A stretch of 64,000 bases of DNA from Roseomonas sp. (GTDB lineage: Bacteria; Pseudomonadota; Alphaproteobacteria; Acetobacterales; Acetobacteraceae). The position numbers and the translations under genes were made by a program. How positions within the stretch are numbered: the stretch's first letter is position 1; the number at the start of each line of letters is the position of its first letter. The DNA lies in contig JADCFP010000026.1 in the NCBI GenBank assembly GCA_020249465.1, forward strand, positions 10,861-74,860, given 5' to 3'. Positions 45,415-54,095 of this stretch are shown here, one piece after another. Below the pieces are notes generated by a model. That model was not told the DNA's origin. It saw only the letters and a list, made by a program, of their open reading frames with translations, and did not search any database.

Positions 45415-46380
45415 CTATTCTACCTTGGCGCCAGAAATGCGCACCAGTTCGGCCCATTTTGGAATCTCGGAAGCAACAAAGGCGCGAAATTCCTCGGGCG
45501 TCGAGCCAACCGGCTCGCTACCCTGCTGGGCGAGCTTCGCCTTCATGTCATCCGTGCGCATCACGGCGCGGATTTCAGCGGCGATGCGATTGACGATCGG
45601 CGCCGGTGTATTCGCCGGCGCCATATAACCATTCCAGAGCGCCACTTCGAAACCGGGCAGGGTTTCCGCAATGGTCGGCACATCGGGCAGCAACGCGGAA
45701 CGCCGCGCGGTCGTCACGGCAATGGCGCGCAACCGCCCCGCCTGCACATGCGCAATCACTTCCACCAAGGGGGCGGCCATAGCCTGGATTTTTCCGCCGA
45801 TCAGATCGGTGACCGCCGGTGTGCCGCCGCGATAGGATACATGCGTCACGTCAATCCCTGTGCGCGCGGCGATGAGCGCGGCAGAGAGGTGTTGTGACGT
45901 GCCCGAACCCGCATTGCCGAAATTGAGCACGCCGGGTTTCGCCTTGGCTTCCGCCACTAGCCCAGCGAAATCACGCGCAGGCACATCCGGATGCACCACC
46001 AGCAAATTCGGAATAAAGGTCGTTTGGCTGATCGGCGCGAAATCCCGCTGCGCATCAAAGGGCATGTTGCGATAGAGCGCACCATTCGTGGCGTGCGTCG
46101 AGCTTGTCGCCATCACCAGCGTATAGCCATCGGGGGTGGCGCGCGCGACAGCCTCACTCCCGATATTCCCGGCGGCACCGGGGCGATTTTCAATGACGAC
46201 AGGTTGGCCAAGCCGGGGCGAAATCGCCTCAGCAACCAGCCGCGCAGTGATATCCGTGCTGCCGCCTGGCGCAAAGGGAACAATCACGCGTATGGGGCGA
46301 TCCGGGCTCCATTGCGCCTGGGCCAGCGCGGGGCTTGCCGCTATCGCCGCGAGCCCTGCCAGAATTTGCCGTCTTTGCAT
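45415..46380 (-). CDS. Bug/TctC-family substrate-binding protein
   Basis: MQRRQILAGLAAIAASPALAQAQWSPDRPIRVIVPFAPGGSTD. Confidence 0.9.
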   Translation of the reverse strand: MQRRQILAGLAAIAASPALAQAQWSPDRPIRVIVPFAPGGSTDITARLVAEAISPRLGQPVVIENRPGAAGNIGSEAVARATPDGYTLVMATSSTHATNGALYRNMPFDAQRDFAPISQTTFIPNLLVVHPDVPARDFAGLVAEAKAKPGVLNFGNAGSGTSQHLSAALIAARTGIDVTHVSYRGGTPAVTDLIGGKIQAMAAPLVEVIAHVQAGRLRAIAVTTARRSALLPDVPTIAETLPGFEVALWNGYMAPANTPAPIVNRIAAEIRAVMRTDDMKAKLAQQGSEPVGSTPEEFRAFVASEIPKWAELVRISGAKVE

Positions 46381-46429
46381 CAGTTCCTCCCTGGAATGCC
46401 GCCGTTCTTCGCCGGCTGGCGCGTGTCAC

Positions 46430-47032
46430 TCATAATTGATGATGCGCTGCCGGCCCCATTACCGCTTCGCGCATGCGCGCTTGCAATAGCGCACCTTCGC
46501 GCGGCGGTAGCACCAAGGGCTTGCTGGTGGCGTCAATTTTCGCGACCGCAAAGAAAGGGCCTTTCCCGGCATGGATCGCCTTATGCAGCGCGGACACTTC
46601 ATCCGGCTTGGTCACGAACATCGTGTTCGAAATGCCAGCGCCCTTCGCCATCATCACCAGATCAACGCCATGGCGTGTCGCGGTTTCCTGCATGCCGGTT
46701 TCGCCGTAATGCTCATTGTCCTGGACCACGATGGAAAGATTGGCGGGTTTCTGCACGGCAATCGTCGCCAGCGCACCAATGCCCATCAGCATTTCGCCAT
46801 CACCGGTAATCACCAGCACCTTGCGCTTGGGCTGCGCCAAGGCAAGCCCAAGCCCGATCATGGCGGCACCCCCCATGCCGCCCCAAAGCGGCAGGTTTTC
46901 CGCGCAATCACCAATGGCGGTAATGTCCCAGGCCGGCGCACCAAGCCCGGCAATCACCAGCATTTCGCCCCGATCCGCGAGTAGTGCACGGGTCAATTCG
47001 CGACGATCGAGTTTTCCGGAAGCAGCAAGCAT
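46430..47032 (-). CDS. TPP-dependent decarboxylase, beta (TPP-binding) subunit; sulfopyruvate/phosphonopyruvate decarboxylase-like
   Basis: Start 47032 (GGAAGGA SD spanning the upstream stop). GDGEMLMGIGALATIA...NLSIVVQDNEHYGETG is the GDG-x(n)-N TPP motif. About 200 aa. Confidence 0.75.
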   Translation of the reverse strand: MLAASGKLDRRELTRALLADRGEMLVIAGLGAPAWDITAIGDCAENLPLWGGMGGAAMIGLGLALAQPKRKVLVITGDGEMLMGIGALATIAVQKPANLSIVVQDNEHYGETGMQETATRHGVDLVMMAKGAGISNTMFVTKPDEVSALHKAIHAGKGPFFAVAKIDATSKPLVLPPREGALLQARMREAVMGPAAHHQL

Positions 47033-47036
47033 TTTC

Positions 47037-47588
47037 TCAGTCCTTCCCGAAAGTCTTAGCGCCAAGCACGCGCTGGCCAATCAGGGTTGCGGTGGGGCGG
47101 AAGGTATTAAAGGCCAGGCGAATGGTTGCATTCACCGTGGGTGCGATATCTTCCGGCGTATCAGCGCGGCGCACCAGCGTGCCCATGGCTTCCAGCACGG
47201 TTTGCGTCGCATTGCCCATGGGTACCTGCGCCGGGTTGAATTCACCAAAATCGCCGCGCATCGTCACCAGCATGGGCAGCGGGCAGCGATGCATGATGGA
47301 AAGCGAGAGCATATTGATGCAATTGCCAACGCCAGAGGATTGCATCAGCAGCACGCCCTTCGCCCCACCAAGCCAGGCGCCCTGTAAAAGCGCGATGCCT
47401 TCTTCTTCGGTGGTCAGCGTCACCACGGTCATTTCATTATCCGCAAGGCAGCGGCGGATCAGCCGGGAATGCCCGGCATCCGGCACCAGGGCCACTTGCG
47501 TGATGTTGTGGGTCTTGAGCAGGGAATAGATCTGATCCGGCCAATCGGCGGCGGCGTCGGGCGCCTTGTCTATTGAATGTTCGTCCAT
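47037..47588 (-). CDS. TPP-dependent decarboxylase, alpha (PYR-domain) subunit; ComD-like
   Basis: Start 47588; ...VALVPDAGHSRLI...TLTTEEEGIALLQGAWLGGAKGVLLMQSSGVGN... About 183 aa. Confidence 0.75.
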   Translation of the reverse strand: MDEHSIDKAPDAAADWPDQIYSLLKTHNITQVALVPDAGHSRLIRRCLADNEMTVVTLTTEEEGIALLQGAWLGGAKGVLLMQSSGVGNCINMLSLSIMHRCPLPMLVTMRGDFGEFNPAQVPMGNATQTVLEAMGTLVRRADTPEDIAPTVNATIRLAFNTFRPTATLIGQRVLGAKTFGKD

Positions 47589-47675
47589 GGTTTCCCGTTC
47601 CTTGATGGCCCCAACATCCTGCGCCCGGGCCTTCATGGCAAGACAGGCGGGGCCTGGATGTTCTATGAAATCCTC

Positions 47676-48098
47676 ATGATCCGCATCACCCCCGCCATCA
47701 GCATTGCTGAGAGTGAACTTAAAGAGGCGTTTTTGCGCGCCTCGGGCCCTGGTGGGCAGAATGTGAATAAGCTGGAAACGGCGGTGCAGCTGCGCTTCGC
47801 GGCCATGGCATCACCCAATTTGCCGGATGCCGTGAAGCAGAGGCTGGTGGCGCTGGCGGGGCGGCGGATGACACAGGATGGCGTGCTGATCATCACGGCC
47901 GAACGCCACCGCATGCGCGAAGCCAATCGGGAAGAAGCGCGCCAGAAGCTGGTGCTGCTGTTGCGCAAGGCAGCGCTACCGCCACCGCCACCGCGCAAGT
48001 CCACCAAACAAACCGCAGGTTCAAAAGCGCGGCGCCTTGAATCGAAAACACGGCGTGGCGCGGTCAAGCGGCTGCGTGGTGGGGCGATTGAGGATTGA
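47676..48098 (+). CDS. arfB: Alternative ribosome-rescue factor ArfB (peptidyl-tRNA hydrolase, GGQ)
   Basis: MIRITPAISIAESELKEAFLRASGPGGQNVNKLETAV plus a basic C-terminal tail; 140 aa. Confidence 0.9.
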   Translation: MIRITPAISIAESELKEAFLRASGPGGQNVNKLETAVQLRFAAMASPNLPDAVKQRLVALAGRRMTQDGVLIITAERHRMREANREEARQKLVLLLRKAALPPPPPRKSTKQTAGSKARRLESKTRRGAVKRLRGGAIED

Positions 48099-48116
48099 AG
48101 CCGAGAAATTCGGCAT

Positions 48117-48151
48117 AAAAAAAGGCGGTGTCCTATTGGAACACCGCCTTT
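48117..48151. terminator. Bidirectional intrinsic terminator (arfB / HU convergent pair)
   Basis: AAAGGCGGTGT-cctattgga-ACACCGCCTTT with an A7 run on the plus-strand 5' side, which is T7 after the hairpin for the minus-strand HU gene. Confidence 0.8.
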
Positions 48152-48167
48152 ATAGGAAAGCGAAAAA

Positions 48168-48476
48168 TCAGGCCTTCGCCTTACGCTTGCCCTTCTTCAC
48201 GCCGGCGAGTGCAGCGCCCTTCAGCGCCGGGCTCGCCTTGAAGCGAACGGTGGCGCCAGCCTTGATCTGCACCTTCTCACCAGTCTTGGGGTTCAAGCCA
48301 GTACGCTTCGGGGTTTCGCGCACCGCGAAAGCACCGAAATCAGGAATGGTGAAACGGCCCGAGCTGACGATTTCAGCCTTGATCGCGTCAATGATATCGG
48401 CGGCAAGCTTGCCCGCCGCAACGGCAGACATGTCGCCAGACTTGGCGATCACGTCAGTAAGAAACTTCTTCGACAT
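48168..48476 (-). CDS. hup: HU-family DNA-binding protein with a Lys/Ala-rich C-terminal tail
   Basis: 102 aa; ...GRFTIPDFGAFAVRETPKRTGLNPKTGEKVQIKAGATVRFKAS... then ALKGAALAGVKKGKRKAKA. Confidence 0.9.
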   Translation of the reverse strand: MSKKFLTDVIAKSGDMSAVAAGKLAADIIDAIKAEIVSSGRFTIPDFGAFAVRETPKRTGLNPKTGEKVQIKAGATVRFKASPALKGAALAGVKKGKRKAKA

Positions 48477-48654
48477 GGTTCGATTCTCCCTTAAGGATGG
48501 CTTGGCATAGCCGAGGATTCGCGGCTTGTCAGCAGGTGCAAAGTATTTTTTTGCGTCCTTGACAAGAAAATTTCACAGTGCCAGCCGAATGATTCGCAAG
48601 TCCCTGCCCGAGCGCCGCAAAAACCCTGAATCTGGCGCGAAATCCGGCGCCTGA

Positions 48655-49626
48655 TCAGTTGATGGAAGCACCCGATGCCCTGACAATCGGGGTCCATTTC
48701 GCGGTTTCCGCACGCATGAAACCGGCTAATTCTTCAGGCGTGCTGGGGGCCGCTTCCAGGCCGTGGCGCGCCAGATGCGCGACAATTTCAGGGTCACGCA
48801 GCGTTTCAACCAGGGCTTCATTGACCCTTGTCACAATCGGGCGCGGCAGATTGCGCGGGCCCATCAGCGCATACCAATTGGCCACTTCATAGCCCGGCAA
48901 AGGCCCTGCTTCCGCGATAGTTGGCGTATCGGGCAAAAGCCGGCTGCGCTGCGGAAGCGGCACGGCCAAGGCACGCAGCTTGCCCGCTTCAATCTGCGGT
49001 AGCACGGTGGCCGCAGTGGCGATGGAAAAATCTACCTTTCCCGAGATCAGATCAGTGATCAATTGCCCACCACCGCGATAGGGCACATGTACCGTGCTGA
49101 TCTTGGCCATGGAATCCAGCAAGGCGCCGCCCAAATGTCCCGCGCTGCCAACGCCCGATGACCCATAGGTCAATTGATCCGGCCTTGCGCGCGCCGCCGC
49201 GATCAATTCCGGCAGGCTGCGCCACGGGCGATCCATTGGCACCACCAGGATATTGGTGACCTCAACGGACCGCGAAATTGGCGTCAGGTCGGTCATGACA
49301 TCAAAGGGCAGCTTCGCCAGGATCGGGTTCAACACCAGGGATGCGATGGTGCCCATCATCAGCGTATAGCCATCGGATGGTGAATTTACCGTGGCTTCGG
49401 ATGCCAGATTGCCGCCCGCACCTGGGCGATTTTCCACAATGATCGGCTGGCCCAGCAGCGCTTGCAGCTTGTTCGTCAGCGTGCGTGTGGTGATATCCGT
49501 CCCGCCGCCGGGGGCGAAACCGACCAGGATACGAATCGGGCGCTGCGGATTCCACACGCCTTGCGCTGCAAGCGGTGCGGCTGCCAGTAAGGCGGGCGCG
49601 GCCAAAAGGCTACGGCGGTGCAACAT
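48655..49626 (-). CDS. Bug/TctC-family substrate-binding protein
   Basis: Start 49626; MLHRRSLLAAPALLAAAPLAAQGVWNPQRPIRILVGFAPGGGTD. Confidence 0.9.
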   Translation of the reverse strand: MLHRRSLLAAPALLAAAPLAAQGVWNPQRPIRILVGFAPGGGTDITTRTLTNKLQALLGQPIIVENRPGAGGNLASEATVNSPSDGYTLMMGTIASLVLNPILAKLPFDVMTDLTPISRSVEVTNILVVPMDRPWRSLPELIAAARARPDQLTYGSSGVGSAGHLGGALLDSMAKISTVHVPYRGGGQLITDLISGKVDFSIATAATVLPQIEAGKLRALAVPLPQRSRLLPDTPTIAEAGPLPGYEVANWYALMGPRNLPRPIVTRVNEALVETLRDPEIVAHLARHGLEAAPSTPEELAGFMRAETAKWTPIVRASGASIN

Positions 49627-49735
49627 GCGCTTCCTTCCTTTCCCGGCCATGCGCTTTGACGCTGGCGCAAATCATGCTGATCTTTCGCCTGCTTCATAGC
49701 CGGCCAAGCAGTGCCGCGCCAGTAAGGAGGAAGCC

Positions 49736-50722
49736 ATGTCGGGAAACAACATTACGCGTCGTCCAATATTGTTTGCCGGTCTGGCGGGGCTTGCCGCGCC
49801 CAGCCTGGCACGCGCCAGCACCTATCCGGATCGTCCCATCAGGCTGGTGATTCCCTTTGGTGGCGGCGGACAGACGGATATCGTTTCCCGCGTCACGGCT
49901 GAGGCTCTGCAACAGCGGCTCGGTCAGCCGGTGCTTTCCGATAATCGCCCCGGCGGTGCCGGCAATCTGGCGGCGGAGATGGTCGCGCGCGCACCGGGTG
50001 ATGGCTATACCGTGCTGGTCGCCACCATGGGGACGAATAGCGGGCTGAATGCGCTGCTTTATAAATCCGTGGGCTATGATGCGCAGCGTGATTTCACGCC
50101 GGTGGGCATGTTCTGCACCACGTCAAACCTGCTGATTGTGCATAATTCGATCCCGGGACGAGACTTCAATGAAGTGACCGCCTGGATCAAGGCCAATCCC
50201 GGCAAATTCACCTTTGCGTCCGCCGGTGTTGGCGCCATTACGCATTTGATCATGGAAGATATGGGGGCAAGGCTGGGGCTGGATATGGTCCATGTGCCCT
50301 ATCGCCAGACCACCAATGCCATGACGGATTTGATCGCCGGGCGCGTGCATGCGCGCTGCCTTGGCCTGCCGGAAGGCGAACCGCTGCGCCAAGTGCAAAG
50401 CGTACGCCCTGTCGCCGTCACCACCGTTGAACCGCGCGCCGAATGGCCGGGCGTGCCCACTATGGGCCAGACGATTCCGGGCTTTGAGGGCTCAAGCTAT
50501 TTCGGCCTGGCCGTGCCTTCCCAAACCCCGCGTGAGATTGTGGTCCGGCTGAATACCGCCCTGCGGGAGGCCCTGGCGGATGAAAAAGTGCGCGCCGCTT
50601 ATAAGCGGGTGGGCGCTGACCCGGCTGAGCCGGCCTCGGCCGAGGATTTCGCGGTGCGTGCTAAGCGCGATGGCGAACGCTGGGCGCCGCTGATCCGCCG
50701 ACTCAATCTGATCGCCGAATAG
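49736..50722 (+). CDS. Bug/TctC-family substrate-binding protein
   Basis: AGGAGGAA SD; MSGNNITRRPILFAGLAGLAAPSLARASTYPDRPIRLVIPFGGGGQTD. Confidence 0.9.
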   Translation: MSGNNITRRPILFAGLAGLAAPSLARASTYPDRPIRLVIPFGGGGQTDIVSRVTAEALQQRLGQPVLSDNRPGGAGNLAAEMVARAPGDGYTVLVATMGTNSGLNALLYKSVGYDAQRDFTPVGMFCTTSNLLIVHNSIPGRDFNEVTAWIKANPGKFTFASAGVGAITHLIMEDMGARLGLDMVHVPYRQTTNAMTDLIAGRVHARCLGLPEGEPLRQVQSVRPVAVTTVEPRAEWPGVPTMGQTIPGFEGSSYFGLAVPSQTPREIVVRLNTALREALADEKVRAAYKRVGADPAEPASAEDFAVRAKRDGERWAPLIRRLNLIAE

Positions 50723-50761
50723 GGGGCTGCCCGCGCCGCGCGGCTGCGCTAAGCTGGCCGC

Positions 50762-51445
50762 GTGAATATTCTGGCACCCCTCCAGCCGCGGCTGGATATT
50801 GAAGTCGCCTTCGACCTGATCTGCCCCTGGTGCTACCTGGGCGTCAGGCGGCTGCGCCGTGCCTTGCGCGCTAGGCCGGATATCATCCCGGAACTGGTCT
50901 GGCGGCCGTTTTTGCTCAATCCTGATATTCCGCCGAACGGTGTTTCCCGTGCGGAATTCGTCGCGCGCAAATTCGGCGGTGAAGATCGCGCACGGCGCCT
51001 GCAAAATGCGCTGACGGAGCTTGGCCGGTCAGAAGGGATCAGCTTTCGCTTTGACCTGCTGGGGCGCGTGCCTTCCAGCATCACCGCGCATCGCCTGGTG
51101 CGCTATGCGGTGCGTGAAGGCCTGGGCGAGATGATGGTGGAAGCGCTGTTTTACGGCTATTTTGCCGATGGGGTTGATATCGGGGACCCCGCGCGGCTTG
51201 CCACCATGGCCGGGCGCATTGGCCTTGACCCTCATGCGGCCTTGGCCTTCCTGCGTTCCAGTGAGGAAGCTGAGGCGGTGCATACCGAAAACCTCCGCGC
51301 CCATCGCCTTGGCATCAATGGCGTGCCGTGCTTCATCATTGCCGGGCAACAGGCCATCGCCGGGGCGCAGGAACCCGAGGTGCTGGAAAGGCTGCTGGAT
51401 GTGGCACTTCAGCAATATCACTTCTCAGGCGGCGATGGCGCCTGA
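50762..51445 (+). CDS. DsbA-family oxidoreductase (FrnE / HCCA-isomerase-like)
   Basis: 227 aa with a GTG start; IEVAFDLICPWCYLG CxxC motif. Confidence 0.8.
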   Translation: MNILAPLQPRLDIEVAFDLICPWCYLGVRRLRRALRARPDIIPELVWRPFLLNPDIPPNGVSRAEFVARKFGGEDRARRLQNALTELGRSEGISFRFDLLGRVPSSITAHRLVRYAVREGLGEMMVEALFYGYFADGVDIGDPARLATMAGRIGLDPHAALAFLRSSEEAEAVHTENLRAHRLGINGVPCFIIAGQQAIAGAQEPEVLERLLDVALQQYHFSGGDGA

Positions 51446-51492
51446 GGCTTGCGCCGCCGGGTCTGGGCGTTTATGGGAAGCCTTGTCGGTAA

Positions 51493-51568
51493 GGGCGCAT
51501 AGCTCAGTGGTATGAGCGCCTGCTTGACACGCAGGAGGTCCGTGGTTCGATCCCACGTGCGCCCACCA
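51493..51568 (+). tRNA. tRNA-Val (anticodon GAC), CCA encoded
   Basis: Manual cloverleaf. Acceptor GGGCGCA/TGCGCCC. D-arm GCTC...GAGC. Anticodon stem CCTGC/GCAGG with loop TTGACAC. T-arm CGTGG-TTCGATC-CCACG. Ends ACCA. Confidence 0.92.
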
Positions 51569-51582
51569 TATTCCCCCCTACT

Positions 51583-52245
51583 TCAGAAGCGCATGCGGAA
51601 ACCGACAACCAGGGAATTCGCACCTTCATAAACGCCGTTATAAGTTCCGAAAATCCCGCTGCGATGCATGTAACGAATGGCGATTTCCTGATGCGGCCGA
51701 GAGGGCAGGGCAAAAGTGAGTTCGGGCGCGAAAAAATTCAGGAAATGTGACTGGTTTGGTTCGGGCCGCGCATCCGTGCCGCGTTCCACCTGCGGCAGGC
51801 GCGTGACGTAATTCGGACCCATGGAAAGCCCGAAAGTAGTGTAGACATAATTGGTCCAGGGAAAGCCATCATAACGCAGGTAGGCAGCCGCCCAGAATTC
51901 GCCGCCTTCCGTATCGCCAAAGCGATAGGCGCCGCCCAATTCCGCATCCAGCATGAAGAATTTCCAGAAGCGCGCCAGGCGATAGCTCACGGCCCCACCT
52001 GCCAAGGTGTCATCGCCCCAGGAACCGGTCCAGGGTGCCACAACGATATCGCGCAGTTTGCCATCCGCCACCGAAGACCCAGCGAAGACCATGCCGGCCC
52101 AGGGACGCGCATCGGCCAATTCCCGCGCGCGATCAGCCACAGAAATCCCTGGAGCGGGCGCGGTTTGGGCAAAGGAGGCCGGGGCAACACCAAGGATGGC
52201 TGCCACCAACAGGGCAAGCCATATAATCTTTCTGGGGAAATTCAT
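51583..52245 (-). CDS. Outer-membrane beta-barrel protein, possibly acyloxyacyl hydrolase (PagL-like)
   Basis: 220 aa; signal peptide MNFPRKIIWLALLVAAILGVAPASFAQ; C-terminal ...VVGFRMRF (terminal Phe); YMHRSGIFG resembles the H-x-S motif of PagL-type deacylases. Confidence 0.5.
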   Translation of the reverse strand: MNFPRKIIWLALLVAAILGVAPASFAQTAPAPGISVADRARELADARPWAGMVFAGSSVADGKLRDIVVAPWTGSWGDDTLAGGAVSYRLARFWKFFMLDAELGGAYRFGDTEGGEFWAAAYLRYDGFPWTNYVYTTFGLSMGPNYVTRLPQVERGTDARPEPNQSHFLNFFAPELTFALPSRPHQEIAIRYMHRSGIFGTYNGVYEGANSLVVGFRMRF

Positions 52246-52320
52246 CGATAATCCATATCCGTGAGGTCCCGTGCTTTTAGGGGGGATGACACGAATGGCA
52301 AGCCCAGTTGCAGAGGGCGC

Positions 52321-53601
52321 TCAGCGTCCGGCGGGCTGGAACATCAGGGCAAAGCTCGGCATGTAAGTGGTCAGGAACAGCACCACCAGCATCCACAGGA
52401 TTTGCGGCCAGATCGCGCGGCTGATCCGTGCCAGGGACAGGCCACTGATCGCCATGCCGATGAACAGGCAATAGCCGATGGGTGGGGCGGCCATGCCGAT
52501 CGAAACATTGGTGACGATAATGGCGCCGAAATGGATCGGGTCCACGCCAAAGCGATTGGCAATCGCAATCAGCATCGGCCCCAGAATGACCATGATGGCG
52601 ATCTCATCCATCACCGCGGCCAGCAGGAAAAAGGCGATGTTCAGGGTGGCCAGCGCGGCCCATTTCTCGCCAATGGCTTGCGCCATCCAGGCGGCAAAGC
52701 GAATGGCGATCTGTTCCTGCGCCACCAGAATGCCAAAGCCGGCCGATACCGCGATAATGGCGCAGACAATGGCGCTGGTGCGCATGGCGCTTACGAAAAT
52801 ACCAGGCAGCGCGCGCAAGCTGAGTTTGCGTTCGACAAAGAGCCCGATGATGATGGCGTAAAGGCAGGAAACCGCCGCCGCTTCCGTGGGCGTGAAAATG
52901 CCGCCGTAAATGCCGCCCAGCACGACCAAAGGCGATGCCAGCGCCCAGCGCCCATCGGCGAAGGCGCGCGCAACGTCAGCGGCACTCGCGCGCGGAAGGC
53001 GCGGCACATCGTTGCGCTTGGCATGCGCCCAGCAAATCACCAGCAAACCCGCGGCAATCAGCAGACCGGGCACAATGCCGGACAGAAACAGCCGCCCGAT
53101 GGATTGCTCGGCAACGATCCCCCAGATCACAAACGCAATGGAAGGCGGGATCAGCGGCCCTAGTACGCCCGCCGAAACCGCGATGGAAGCGGCAAAGCCC
53201 TTGTCATAACCCGCCTGCACCATGGCCGGGATCATGATGGCGCCAATCGCCGCCGTGGTGGCGGGGGCAGAACCGGAGATGGCTGAGAACACGAGAGCGG
53301 CCAGCACGGTCACCATCGCAAGCCCGCCGCGCAAATGCTGCACCAGCGTGGAAGCGAAATCCACGAGGCGGCGCGAAAGCCCGCCCGCCGACATCAATTC
53401 TCCGGCGAGCATGAATAGCGGAATGGCAAGCAGGCTGAATTGCTGCGACCCGCTGATGATGGATTGTGCCAGAAAAGCGGGTTCAATATCGGCGACGATC
53501 AGCGCGGCGGTGATGACCAGCGCAATTGCAATCGCAAAGGGCACACCAAGCGTGACCAGGGCGCCGAAGCCGGCCGTCAGGCACCAGGCGATGGCGGTCA
53601 T
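52321..53601 (-). CDS. TRAP transporter large permease (DctM type)
   Basis: 426 aa; ...FSLLAIPLFMLAGELMSAGGLSRRLVDFA... 4-bp overlap with the small permease gene. Confidence 0.9.
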   Translation of the reverse strand: MTAIAWCLTAGFGALVTLGVPFAIAIALVITAALIVADIEPAFLAQSIISGSQQFSLLAIPLFMLAGELMSAGGLSRRLVDFASTLVQHLRGGLAMVTVLAALVFSAISGSAPATTAAIGAIMIPAMVQAGYDKGFAASIAVSAGVLGPLIPPSIAFVIWGIVAEQSIGRLFLSGIVPGLLIAAGLLVICWAHAKRNDVPRLPRASAADVARAFADGRWALASPLVVLGGIYGGIFTPTEAAAVSCLYAIIIGLFVERKLSLRALPGIFVSAMRTSAIVCAIIAVSAGFGILVAQEQIAIRFAAWMAQAIGEKWAALATLNIAFFLLAAVMDEIAIMVILGPMLIAIANRFGVDPIHFGAIIVTNVSIGMAAPPIGYCLFIGMAISGLSLARISRAIWPQILWMLVVLFLTTYMPSFALMFQPAGR

Positions 53602-54095
53602 TCTATCGCGGCCTCATCCTTGGGAAGCGCACCGCCGCGCCTGAGCGCGCGTTCCAGCCCGAATACCGCCATCAGCGCGCCGGCAATCGGCGCCAGCGCA
53701 TTCAGGATTTCAATCGGATAGCCCATGGCAGCGGAAACCGAACCGCTGGTGATGTCGAGGAACCGCCAACCGGACCAAGCGAGGAATACACCCAGCGCTG
53801 CCGTGACAAAATCCAGGACGCGTTCCGCAGCAATGCGCGCGGCCAGCGGCAGCGCATCCGTCAGCAGGCTCAACCGAACATGAAAGCCTTCATGCACGCC
53901 GAGCGCGAGGCCGGCCAGCACGCTCCAGGAAAACATCAGCACCGCGAATTCCTCGCTCCAGGAAGAAGCGGCGCCCAGCACATAGCGCGTCACCACCTGA
54001 TAAAGAATGGCAGAGAGCATCAAGGCGGCGGCGAGCGCGATGGAAAAGCGCGTCGCCCCCGCCAGAAAACGGGCGATGGAGCCCAGAATGTTCAC
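53598..54095 (-). CDS. TRAP transporter small permease (DctQ type)
   Basis: 165 aa, 4 predicted TM segments. 4-bp overlaps with both neighbours. Confidence 0.85.
   Translation of the reverse strand: MNILGSIARFLAGATRFSIALAAALMLSAILYQVVTRYVLGAASSWSEEFAVLMFSWSVLAGLALGVHEGFHVRLSLLTDALPLAARIAAERVLDFVTAALGVFLAWSGWRFLDITSGSVSAAMGYPIEILNALAPIAGALMAVFGLERALRRGGALPKDEAAIE

Noticed and set aside
48477-48654. Inverted repeat CTTGTCA...TGACAAG and possible promoter upstream of the HU gene.
   Set aside because: I could not fit a convincing -35/-10 pair with proper spacing on the minus strand. A 7-bp repeat with a 27-nt spacer is weak evidence on its own.
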